In this document: piece by piece, positions 1 through 8,024 of the stretch
Layout of the letters: every line of letters starts with the position of its first letter
Numbering within the stretch: the stretch's first letter is position 1
IMG/VR virus record: IMGVR_UViG_3300033075_001711
Length of the DNA stretch: 20,000 nucleotides
DNA from: an uncultured virus (IMG/VR IMGVR_UViG_3300033075_001711)
Taxonomy: Duplodnaviria; Heunggongvirae; Uroviricota; Caudoviricetes
Reading direction: 5' to 3' (one strand)
The notes under the pieces: generated by a model
What the model was told of the DNA's origin: nothing
Database searches by the model: none
Seen by the model: the letters and a program-made list of their open reading frames with translations, nothing else
Made by a program: the position numbers and the translations under genes

Positions 1-1
1 T

Positions 2-382
2 AAAGTATCGGATAAATTAGAAGTTTTTGATCCACGGAATACTAGAGATGGCTTTTTAAGAATAGGTTCTGCGGCTTTAATGCATGGCGTTAATTATGGG
101 ACGCATCAGGCATATGTAAATATAACTAAAGAGTATGGGCATGAGAAATTAGTAGTTCAGGGACATTCGCATACTCCGGCTTTATATTATTGGAAAGGGA
201 ATGTAGGTGTAGTGAACGGGCATTTATCAAATCCTATTGAGCAAAGCTACATACATAATCCTAAATGGACTGCTGGATTTACTATAATAGAGCAATTTAA
301 TAATTTTGAAATGTTTAATGTTTATATGGTAGCTGTAACTAACGGAATGTTTAGTTATGGTGGGAAATTATATAAAGGGTAA
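2..382 (+). CDS. Calcineurin-like metallophosphoesterase, C-terminal part (5' truncated)
   Basis: Frame is open from base 2 (KVSDKLEVFDPRNTRDGFLRIGSAAL) into the listed ORF. It has 'LMHG' and 'VVQGHSHTP', matching the HG and GHxH metal-binding motifs, then 'W-T-A-G-F' as in phage phosphoesterases. Confidence 0.65.
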   Translation, partial: KVSDKLEVFDPRNTRDGFLRIGSAALMHGVNYGTHQAYVNITKEYGHEKLVVQGHSHTPALYYWKGNVGVVNGHLSNPIEQSYIHNPKWTAGFTIIEQFNNFEMFNVYMVAVTNGMFSYGGKLYKG

Positions 383-384
383 TT

Positions 385-939
385 TTGATTTACAGAGCAA
401 AAGATATAAGAATTATATTATTTAAATTTTTGAAAGAAGAGTATAAAGACATCTATATAATGGAGGAGAAAGAAATTTATAAATCCATTGTAGATATCTT
501 TTGTATTAAAGGGAATAATTTATTAGGGTTAGAGATAAAATCGGATACTGACTCATTAAAAAGGTTGCCGAGACAAGTAAAAAATTATGATAAGATTTTT
601 GATTTTAATATTGTTGTAATAACAGAGAAGTGGGTTGAGAAAGTAAAAGATATTTTACCTAAACATTGGGGAATTTTTTTAATTAAAGAAGATAGTTGTG
701 AAATTATTAAATCTCCTTTAGTTAATCCTAATAGAGATGAGTATAAATTAAGTTGGTTATTATGGAAACCAGAGTGTAGAGAGTTATTAAAAAGAAATAA
801 TTTATTGCGTGGTTTTTCATATAAAGCTAAAAAGTATTTAAATAAACGTATAGCTAGTAAAATAAAAATAGATAATATAAAAGAGTATTTAATTGAATGT
901 TTTTTAAAAAGAGATTGGGATAAGGTAAAGAGATTATGA
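385..939 (+). CDS. sce7726-like PD-(D/E)XK nuclease-fold protein
   Basis: 'IVDIFCI...GLEIKSDTDSLKRLPRQVKNYDKIFD...VV' and 'LPKHWGI' match my recollection of the sce7726 family signature (D...EIKS.D.L.RL..Q...Y...FD). TTG start. Confidence 0.7.
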   Translation: MIYRAKDIRIILFKFLKEEYKDIYIMEEKEIYKSIVDIFCIKGNNLLGLEIKSDTDSLKRLPRQVKNYDKIFDFNIVVITEKWVEKVKDILPKHWGIFLIKEDSCEIIKSPLVNPNRDEYKLSWLLWKPECRELLKRNNLLRGFSYKAKKYLNKRIASKIKIDNIKEYLIECFLKRDWDKVKRL

Positions 940-1271
940 ATGATTTAAAACGATGTAAAGTTTACTATTTAGGAATAGCTAAAGAATTTAAAGACATTAT
1001 GAGATTTTATGATGTTAATTCTATTTTTCCGTTTGATTTCAATGCTAGAGTAGAATCTGTATTTTGTGGTAAAGATACTATTGGTCTTTTTAAACAGTTG
1101 AGGGATTTAAAATCTCAAAAAATAGAAGGCTCTTTTGGTAATATTGATGGAATAGATTTTTTTGTAAATGAAAATTTACCTCCGGACACATTTATGGTGG
1201 TATCAAATGAATTATATAGGAATCAAAAATCTTTTGGGCCTTTTGATAAGTTAGATATTATTTGGGGATAA
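936..1271 (+). CDS. Hypothetical protein, one divergent copy of a capsid A-domain-like unit
   Basis: ATGA overlap with the upstream gene. 'ARVESVFCG...GNIDGIDFFVNENLPPDTFMVVSNE' aligns by eye to the units in the next two genes. Confidence 0.5.
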   Translation: MNDLKRCKVYYLGIAKEFKDIMRFYDVNSIFPFDFNARVESVFCGKDTIGLFKQLRDLKSQKIEGSFGNIDGIDFFVNENLPPDTFMVVSNELYRNQKSFGPFDKLDIIWG

Positions 1272-1277
1272 TAGATA

Positions 1278-1907
1278 ATGTATAAAATAGAATATAAAGC
1301 AACTCCAAGTAGTATTTCAGAATTAGCAGATGCTTTTGCTATAATAGAAGAACATAACTATAGGGTTGCAAAACTTACAATGAATAATTACACTGAAAAA
1401 AATTTAATTTTGCCTCTGTATAATGGATTTTCTTCAGGAGATAGTTTTTGGGGTGCGGATATTTATATAGATGACACTTTAATGAATTATGAGGTTATAT
1501 TAGAAAGTGAAAAATATAAACATCTTGAATTTAGAAAAAACATTAAAGGTTTAAGATATGTAGATTTATCTGGTAAATATTATTTGACATCAGAAATATT
1601 TGATTGTAAAAAATTAACAGATTTTTTAGATGGGTTATGTCCTATTGAAAATCAATGTAGTTATAGGATATCTTATTTTTGTTTAAATGCTAAAACACAT
1701 AAAATGCTTAAAGAAAATTGTCCTTCTATATATGATAACGATTTAATTGTTTTAGGTTCTCATGTGTTTATAGATAATAGTTTAGAAACTGGACATGTAA
1801 TATTTGTAAGTGATTCATTTACGGATGAAATTTTTGCAGAAAATATCAAGTTAGACCTTGATATTAGTGTAAAATTATGTGAGAATAAAAATTATGTTAG
1901 AAGTTAA
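1278..1907 (+). CDS. Hypothetical protein with two tandem capsid A-domain-like units
   Basis: Unit 1 (aa 16-92): LADAFAIIEEHNYRVAKLTMN...FWGADIYIDDTL...VILESE...FRKNIKGL. Unit 2 (aa 116-194): FLDGLCPIENQCSYRISYFCLN...VLGSHVFIDNSL...VIFVSD...FAENIKLDL. Confidence 0.6.
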   Translation: MYKIEYKATPSSISELADAFAIIEEHNYRVAKLTMNNYTEKNLILPLYNGFSSGDSFWGADIYIDDTLMNYEVILESEKYKHLEFRKNIKGLRYVDLSGKYYLTSEIFDCKKLTDFLDGLCPIENQCSYRISYFCLNAKTHKMLKENCPSIYDNDLIVLGSHVFIDNSLETGHVIFVSDSFTDEIFAENIKLDLDISVKLCENKNYVRS

Positions 1908-2184
1908 TTTATTTTATGATAATGGATTTGTGGAAAAAACAAGTCCAGCAGAATTTATGTTTACTAGTTTTAATTTTGTGGAAAAAGATTTAAAACTTAG
2001 AGTAGATGAAATTAAACTGTCTCAAGATTTTTATATTAAATTATTTAATTCTTTGTTAGAATATCCTAATTCTTATTATCAAACATTCCCAGAAGAATCT
2101 TTTATGGATGCTATGCTGCTGGGAGCAGATGTTATATTAGATGATAGAGATGTAGAAGCTATAACTTTAATTTGTGATGATTAG
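1894..2184 (+). CDS. Hypothetical protein, one capsid A-domain-like unit
   Basis: In-frame ATG at 1894 overlaps the previous gene's end and is preferred over GTG 1879. 'TSFNFVEKDLKLRVDEIKLSQDFYIKL...LLGADVILDD...ITLICDD' aligns to the units of 1278..1907. Confidence 0.55.
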   Translation: MLEVNLFYDNGFVEKTSPAEFMFTSFNFVEKDLKLRVDEIKLSQDFYIKLFNSLLEYPNSYYQTFPEESFMDAMLLGADVILDDRDVEAITLICDD

Positions 2185-2214
2185 AAAAAATTTAACTTTT
2201 TAAATAAGATTTGT

Positions 2215-2940
2215 ATGGAAAATAAAAAATGTAATAAATGTAATGTGATATATGAAGTTTCAAATTTTTATAAAAGAGGCAAAAGAAAATCTGGAGACAT
2301 TACATATACTTGTTGGTGTAAACAATGCTGGTCTGCACACTATAAAAACTATGTTACAAATAATTTAGATACTAGAAATAAATATTTAAAAAAATATAAG
2401 CAGACAGATAAATATAAAAATTCCGTTTTAAAAAACAATTTAAAAAGAAAAGATAAAATAAAAGAATATTACGAACTAAATAAAAAAAGAATATGGTTTG
2501 ATAAATATTATTTTAAATATAGAAATGACTCCACTTTTAGATTGAAAGTTAGAATGTCAAACAATGTCCGTAGTTTTTTACAAAAAGGTAAAAATTGGGG
2601 CTCTTGGCACAAATTAGTTGGATATTCATTGCTAACTTTAAAATCTCATTTAGAAAATCTTTTTTTACCTGGAATGTCTTGGGACAATTTTAAAAGAGGT
2701 GGGTGGTCAATAGATCATATTCAACCTTTATCTTCTTTTAGGTATGTTCGACATCAAGATAATGAATTTAAAAATGCTTGGAAATTACAAAATTTAAGAC
2801 CTTTGTGGGAAAAAGATAATTTATTAAAAAATTCAATTTGGCAAGGTAAAAAAAGAAAATTTCAATTTGTTAATGTACCATACATATTCTCTTTTACAGA
2901 AAACATTAAGTTAATTTCAAAAGGAATTTTATATCAATGA
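2215..2940 (+). CDS. Free-standing HNH (homing-type) endonuclease with N-terminal Zn finger
   Basis: N-terminal CNKC...CKQC and a basic helical middle. C-terminal 'LVGYSLLTLKSHLENLFLPGMSWDN..GGWSIDHIQPLSSF...NLRPLWEKDNLLK' is typical of a widespread viral HNH family. Confidence 0.85.
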   Translation: MENKKCNKCNVIYEVSNFYKRGKRKSGDITYTCWCKQCWSAHYKNYVTNNLDTRNKYLKKYKQTDKYKNSVLKNNLKRKDKIKEYYELNKKRIWFDKYYFKYRNDSTFRLKVRMSNNVRSFLQKGKNWGSWHKLVGYSLLTLKSHLENLFLPGMSWDNFKRGGWSIDHIQPLSSFRYVRHQDNEFKNAWKLQNLRPLWEKDNLLKNSIWQGKKRKFQFVNVPYIFSFTENIKLISKGILYQ

Positions 2941-4070
2941 TTAAAAAATTATTTTTATGCTATTTAATATCTATTTTAATAGCATGTAATTCTTCTCCTC
3001 CATGTAATGTTACAAAAAATTGTGGGGGGGGGCCTACTCCAACTCCTGTTACTATGAGCATAACTGTTCAAGGAAACAGTATTTTTGTAAATGGTAAGAA
3101 AACATTTATGCGAGGCTATTCAGGGTTTGGTTCTTGTTATAATGCGGAACCTAAAGAATCTTGGGATGCCTGGTTTTCTAAATTAGAAAAAGCAGGAGTT
3201 AATTATAGTAGAGTGTGGCTAGTCCCGATCCCAGATTCGTGGGTGCCTCAAGGATATGTGAACATGCAAAACACATTTTTAAAAATGCCAAATGGCAAAT
3301 ATGATTTAACAAAACTAAATCCAAAATTTGTAGAAAATGTTCATAATGTTTTAAATGCTGGGGCTAGGCATGGAATTGTTTTTCAAGTGTCATTAGCAGA
3401 CAAGGTTTTAGGGAAATATCCTGAAGATTTTAAAACACATCCTTACAATAAAAACAATGGTGGATTTATTACTCCTAATTCAAATGGGCAAGGTTGGCCT
3501 CAAGGGTGGGAGCTTCAATATGATCAGGATTGGAAAAATTTAGCTGATTTATATATGAGTGTATTATCTATCCATACCAACGTTTTAATAGAAGTTATTA
3601 ATGAGCCCGAGATGGGAAAAGACAATAAATTAGGTACACCAGAACAAATAAATCGTTGGCATATGATGATGTTGACATATTTAAGAAATAAATATCCTGG
3701 AGTTAAATTAGTTATTAGTCCTGTAAGACTTTCGGGTTTAAAATTTGTTCCTGACATTAATTTACCTGCAGATATTATTTCAGCTCATGGGGCTGGGTTT
3801 TTACCGGATACTCCTAAAGGAAGATATTTTACAGATGCCGAAATGATATCTGAATGGAAAGCGTGTTTGAGTAAAATGTTAGGAAAACCAGTTATTTGTG
3901 ATGATGATGGATTACCACGAGAAAGAAATGATAATAAAATTGTCATGAATTGGAGAAAATTATCAGAAAAGATAGGTTTTGCAGGTTTTCAACATAGAGA
4001 TGATGAATTTGTTCCTCCTGGAAGTGTTGTAGATGATGAGGCAATTAAGGTAATAGGCGCTAATTATTAA
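2937..4070 (+). CDS. Lipoprotein with clan GH-A (GH5-like) TIM-barrel glycoside hydrolase domain
   Basis: Signal peptide MIKKLFLCYLISILIA-C, then a GGGPTPTP linker. 'ITVQGNSIFVNGKKTFMRG', 'LEKAGVNYSRVW', 'YDLTKLNPKF', 'ARHGIVFQVSL', acid/base motif 'EVINEP', 'DIISAH', 'GKPVICDDDG'. Confidence 0.75.
   Translation: MIKKLFLCYLISILIACNSSPPCNVTKNCGGGPTPTPVTMSITVQGNSIFVNGKKTFMRGYSGFGSCYNAEPKESWDAWFSKLEKAGVNYSRVWLVPIPDSWVPQGYVNMQNTFLKMPNGKYDLTKLNPKFVENVHNVLNAGARHGIVFQVSLADKVLGKYPEDFKTHPYNKNNGGFITPNSNGQGWPQGWELQYDQDWKNLADLYMSVLSIHTNVLIEVINEPEMGKDNKLGTPEQINRWHMMMLTYLRNKYPGVKLVISPVRLSGLKFVPDINLPADIISAHGAGFLPDTPKGRYFTDAEMISEWKACLSKMLGKPVICDDDGLPRERNDNKIVMNWRKLSEKIGFAGFQHRDDEFVPPGSVVDDEAIKVIGANY
3024..3032 (+). 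repeat. G9 homopolymer in the 5' part of the GH lipoprotein gene
   Basis: tgt-GGGGGGGGG-cct, encoding Gly-Gly-Gly; the longest G run I saw in this AT-rich window. Confidence 0.9.
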
Positions 4071-4097
4071 ATAAATAAAAAATTCTTAATTAGTAAT

Positions 4098-4139
4098 AAT
4101 GGTAAATTGAACATGGTTTAATTTACCATTTTATTTTTT
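4098..4139 (+). terminator. Rho-independent terminator-like hairpin
   Basis: aatggtaaattgaac-atg-gtttaatttaccatt (15-bp stem with one G-U) followed by ttattttt; intergenic. Confidence 0.7.
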
Positions 4140-4153
4140 ATAAGGAAAATATA

Positions 4154-4912
4154 ATGAGTGCTCTTGTACAAGAAATGGTTCGAGTTATGCATAACGGAGC
4201 GTATATTCCTTCTAGCAACGATGATTATGTGTTTCGCACATCCCCCATTTATTTATGGGATTTAGGGAATAGGGCTCAGGATACTATAAATAAAAAAGGA
4301 CAATCAACATATCTATCCTATAATGGAGAAATGCCTGGAAGTCCAAGATACACAAATATAACATTTAACAAAAAAGGTGTAGATTTATTACCTACTGGAG
4401 AAGTTGAGCAAAGTTTAGATTCGGGTGTTATTGAAAAATTAGAGGCTCGTGGTTTAGTTAAAAAAATGCCTGCATTTGAGACTTATTTAACTTCAGCATA
4501 TTCTGGTGGAACAACACTAACTGTTGGATCAACTACTGGAATGCCTGCTACTCCTAGAGTAGTAGAGATAAATGGGATATATCGAAGAAGAGTTGCTAGT
4601 TTTACAGCTACTACAATTGTAATGGATTCAGCAATTTCTGGAACTTTTGATGTTAACACTAAAATCACATTTCTTAGATCTACTGTAGAAACTAAATTAG
4701 CTTCAAATTATATTACTGGTGCCACTACAATGGTGGTTGAATCTAGAGATGGTTTAGATGGGTTAACTGGAGTAGCTTTAAATGTTTATATGGGCGGATA
4801 TTCCACAACACTAGATTCTGGTGCTACTATTAGTTCTACTACTATTGATTTAACTTCTGGTATTGCAGCTACATTACCAAAAGGCACACAAGTTTTAATA
4901 ACCGTATTTTAA
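4154..4912 (+). CDS. Putative virion (decoration-like) protein, paralog 1 of 3
   Basis: SD-like taagga upstream. N-domain 'RVMHNG...IYLWDLGNRAQD...GQSTY...DLLPT.EV..S...G.I.K' plus two Thr/Ser/Gly-rich beta repeats. Homologous to 4929..5675 and 8025..8750. Virion role inferred from composition and context. Confidence 0.55.
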   Translation: MSALVQEMVRVMHNGAYIPSSNDDYVFRTSPIYLWDLGNRAQDTINKKGQSTYLSYNGEMPGSPRYTNITFNKKGVDLLPTGEVEQSLDSGVIEKLEARGLVKKMPAFETYLTSAYSGGTTLTVGSTTGMPATPRVVEINGIYRRRVASFTATTIVMDSAISGTFDVNTKITFLRSTVETKLASNYITGATTMVVESRDGLDGLTGVALNVYMGGYSTTLDSGATISSTTIDLTSGIAATLPKGTQVLITVF

Positions 4913-4928
4913 TTAAGGAAATAATTAA

Positions 4929-5675
4929 ATGTCTCAAAAATTACGAGTAATGCATTTTGGTGAATTTGGATCAGTTACAGATGACCAAGCATTAAAAACA
5001 AAAACAAATCCTATTTATTTAGATGATGTTGGTAATAGATCATTAGATAATATAGATACTAGAGGTCAATCTCAATATATTACTATAGATGGTTCTGTTC
5101 GACCTACTTCTACTGCTTATGGAAAAGAAAAGCATCCTAAAAAAGTAGTTGATTTAGTTCCAACTTCTGAAGTTCTTTTAAGTTCTTGGAAAGGAAATCT
5201 TAAAAAATTACGAGATCTCCAACTAATTAAAACTGAAGATGTTTTTGATGTTGTAGTAGCAACTGCTTATACTGCTGGATCTACTTCTTTAGTAGTGTCT
5301 TCTGCTACAGGTTTTCCTTCAACTGGAGCTGTTGAAATAGGAGAAGTAATTGTTAGATATACTGCGGTCACATCAAATACCTTAACTTTAGTTACTGGAG
5401 GTTTTGGAGATAGCTTTGATGTTGGAACTAGAGTATTAGTTCATAGGTCTTTTGGTGAAACTAAATTAGTTTCAACTTACACTTCTTCTGGTGTAGAAAC
5501 TACTTTTAGTGTTGAAACGGTAGGAGGTTTAGCTTCAACTGGAACAGTTTACGCTGATAATAAAAGTAAAGCTTATTCTGCTATCAACACTTCTTTAAAT
5601 ACTATTACTTTAAGTTCAGCATTTTCTTCTGGAACACAATTTATTTCAGGAACTAGAGTATTTGCAACTAGTTAA
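4929..5675 (+). CDS. Putative virion (decoration-like) protein, paralog 2 of 3
   Basis: SD-like taagga. 'LRVMHFG...IYLDDVGNRSLD...RGQSQY...DLVPTSEVLLS..KGNLKK' plus repeats 'TAYTAGSTSLVVSSATG..STG.V...YTAVT.NT.TL...GTRV'. Confidence 0.55.
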   Translation: MSQKLRVMHFGEFGSVTDDQALKTKTNPIYLDDVGNRSLDNIDTRGQSQYITIDGSVRPTSTAYGKEKHPKKVVDLVPTSEVLLSSWKGNLKKLRDLQLIKTEDVFDVVVATAYTAGSTSLVVSSATGFPSTGAVEIGEVIVRYTAVTSNTLTLVTGGFGDSFDVGTRVLVHRSFGETKLVSTYTSSGVETTFSVETVGGLASTGTVYADNKSKAYSAINTSLNTITLSSAFSSGTQFISGTRVFATS

Positions 5676-5700
5676 TTAAAAAATTAAAGGTAAAATTTAT

Positions 5701-6825
5701 ATGAAAAAATATATTATATGTGTAAGTATTTTTTATACTTTTTTATTAGGGGGTTGTGGTGCATTATTTAATAACAACCCTCCAATAACACCGCATCCAG
5801 ACACAACTCCTATTGCTACAATTAGTGCAACCCCAACTCAAACACCTACAAATATTCCAACCCCAATAGCACAAGGACCTAAAGAATTTAGTTTAGTAAA
5901 TAATACTACATATTCTTTAGCAGACGGGGTATTTCCAGACATAGCTGGAGATGCTAATAAAGTAAAAATTTGTTATCTTTCGGGTAAAAAAGTTACTATA
6001 TTAACAATGGAAACTTTCTCAGGAAAATTATTAGATAAAAAAGAAATTAATGTTAACTCTCAAAGTCCAGTAAAATATTTTTTACCGAAAATTTCGGTAG
6101 ACAATGTGTTATTTAGAAATATAGCTAGTTTTGGTGGAAGTGTTGTTTCTCAAATAAAAACTGAAAATGATTTAATTTCAGAAGGAGATTTTGAGACTTA
6201 TGACATAACACAAAATTTTATAGTTTTAGGTGGAAATGATCCTTTAGGTGGATTTTTTTATTCTAAATCAGGTAATTCGTGGGTAGGCCCAACAAAAATA
6301 GAGAATAGAGCTTTATATCCTTTTAGTTTGAAAGAATATAATGGGCAAGCTGTTATGTTTGAGAGAAACACTGTTAGAGTATTTCCTAATGGAAAAACTT
6401 TAACTTTTAAACCTGTAGGTAAAACATCTTATGATATTGTTGGTTTTGTTGTTAAAGGAGATACTATTTTTGGTGTTTCTCATTTATGGACAAAAACAGG
6501 AGATTCTTGGGCACCTTCTGGTAAAATAGAGATAATGTTTGCTAATTTAAAATCTGATAAAGATCTAATGCATCAATATCTAATGACTTCAGATACTTCT
6601 GGTTTAAAAAATAATACTAGTTTAATGCCACAATTATTTGTAATAGAAAATCAACTGTATTTTGTTGTATCTATAAAGAATATAGCTAAAATTTATAAAG
6701 TAAAAGACAATTTTTCTTTAGAAGAAATTAAAACTATAAATAACTGTGGGCAACCAATTGTGTTTAGTTTTGGAAATAATGTCTGGTTAGTTTCTTTACA
6801 AGGTATTTATTATGGAAGACTCTAA
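5701..6825 (+). CDS. Lipoprotein with Pro/Thr linker and beta-rich (possibly propeller) domain
   Basis: MKKYIICVSIFYTFLLGG-C lipobox-like signal, then PPITPHPDTTP...TPTQTPTNIPTP linker; the rest is short beta-strand/turn segments. Confidence 0.6.
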   Translation: MKKYIICVSIFYTFLLGGCGALFNNNPPITPHPDTTPIATISATPTQTPTNIPTPIAQGPKEFSLVNNTTYSLADGVFPDIAGDANKVKICYLSGKKVTILTMETFSGKLLDKKEINVNSQSPVKYFLPKISVDNVLFRNIASFGGSVVSQIKTENDLISEGDFETYDITQNFIVLGGNDPLGGFFYSKSGNSWVGPTKIENRALYPFSLKEYNGQAVMFERNTVRVFPNGKTLTFKPVGKTSYDIVGFVVKGDTIFGVSHLWTKTGDSWAPSGKIEIMFANLKSDKDLMHQYLMTSDTSGLKNNTSLMPQLFVIENQLYFVVSIKNIAKIYKVKDNFSLEEIKTINNCGQPIVFSFGNNVWLVSLQGIYYGRL

Positions 6826-7027
6826 AAAATCTATTTTTGATGATGTTTTAGATGAAATATCTGAGCAAATCGTAAAAGAAGTTTTTAGTCCAGACCAACA
6901 AGAAATTGAAGCTGTTATGGGAGAGGGATTTCAAAATTCAAGAAATCTCTCTACTCCAGGCCCCGCCCAGGTTTATTTATCACACATTAAAATTAAACCT
7001 GTTTATTTAAGATATACACCAAATTAA
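6812..7027 (+). CDS. Small acidic hypothetical protein
   Basis: 71-aa ORF overlapping the upstream gene end and filling the gap to the next gene. Confidence 0.55.
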   Translation: MEDSKKSIFDDVLDEISEQIVKEVFSPDQQEIEAVMGEGFQNSRNLSTPGPAQVYLSHIKIKPVYLRYTPN

Positions 7028-7040
7028 AAAGAAATAAAAT

Positions 7041-7484
7041 ATGAATTATACTTGTAATTTAGGGTTCCACGTAGGAGAAGCCACTGTTGATGTTAAAAAA
7101 GGTGAAACAGTCTCCTATATTAATCAATATTTAACTCTTTCAGATGGAAGAAAATTTTACGCCCCATATTTCCATTCCGCAATTAAAGCTAAATGGGTTG
7201 TTCCTTCTGAAACAGAACAAGAAACAAAAAACATTAATTTAAAAATAAAAGTTGTTTTTCCTGAATCTGCTATTTCAGATTCTCCTGAAAAAATCGAAAC
7301 TCCTAGTTCTAAAAATTTAGTTTGGGATATATCTAAACACTGGAGAATTAAAGTTTCGGAAATTGAAAAAATGGGTATAGAGGATCTTGTTACTGTATTC
7401 AATCTTGAAAAAGGAAAAATGAAAGATCGTATTAAAGATGAAATAACTTTAAGATTTCCTGATTTTGTTTTTGATTCAAAATAA
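7041..7484 (+). CDS. Hypothetical phage protein
   Basis: 147-aa ORF on the coding strand with tight spacing; 'FHVG...VKKGE...AIKAKWVVP' and 'WDISKHW' motifs; no function recognised. Confidence 0.65.
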   Translation: MNYTCNLGFHVGEATVDVKKGETVSYINQYLTLSDGRKFYAPYFHSAIKAKWVVPSETEQETKNINLKIKVVFPESAISDSPEKIETPSSKNLVWDISKHWRIKVSEIEKMGIEDLVTVFNLEKGKMKDRIKDEITLRFPDFVFDSK

Positions 7485-7487
7485 TCT

Positions 7488-7793
7488 ATGCCAAACAAAT
7501 ACTATAAATATTTTTATGAAGATACAACAGATAAAGCTCTATATCACCATGACCCTGGTATGGATGATAGAAGTCCTCTAGCTATTAAAACAAAAGTTCC
7601 AGTTGTAGATAAAAGTATTCCTATAGTTCATTGGGATAATCCAGGGTCTTTTAGTTTTTGGCCTGTTCCTGTAAATGAGCCTCCACACTCAAGACCTTTT
7701 ATAGATCAAGGTCTAATAAAACAACAATCAATTTTAAATCTAAGTAAAAAACTTAAAGATTCTTATTTAGATAGAAAAAAAATTAATGTTTGA
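7488..7793 (+). CDS. Pro-rich hypothetical protein
   Basis: 101-aa ORF starting 3 nt after the previous stop. Confidence 0.55.
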   Translation: MPNKYYKYFYEDTTDKALYHHDPGMDDRSPLAIKTKVPVVDKSIPIVHWDNPGSFSFWPVPVNEPPHSRPFIDQGLIKQQSILNLSKKLKDSYLDRKKINV

Positions 7794-7959
7794 ATATTTT
7801 TGTCCTAAATGTAATGTTTCAAGAGATATTTACCATAAATCAAAAGAATGTTTTGATTTTAGATGTGAAATTTGTTTTACAGTTTTAACTAAAAAAATAA
7901 CAGGCGGTTGTGGTTTCATTATCAAAAAACCAAATGTAAATTCAAATGAAAATAAATAA
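7786..7959 (+). CDS. FmdB-type zinc ribbon protein (57 aa; absent from the ORF track)
   Basis: Manual translation: MFEYFCPKCNVSRDIYHKSKECFDFRCEICFTVLTKKITGGCGFIIKKPNVNSNENK*. It has the FEY.CxxC...CxxC...L.K.I...GF pattern. Confidence 0.75.
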   Translation: MFEYFCPKCNVSRDIYHKSKECFDFRCEICFTVLTKKITGGCGFIIKKPNVNSNENK

Positions 7960-8024
7960 AAAAATAATTTTTAGTTGATTAAAACCTTTTAATAGATATT
8001 CGATTTTATGGAGACATTCAATAT

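Noticed and set aside
3524..3757. Minus-strand 77-aa ORF
   Set aside because: Fully antisense to the GH gene; no recognisable motif.
4483..4668. Minus-strand 61-aa ORF
   Set aside because: Antisense shadow of paralog 1.
7157..7498. Minus-strand 113-aa ORF
   Set aside because: Antisense to 7041..7484 in an all-plus gene run.
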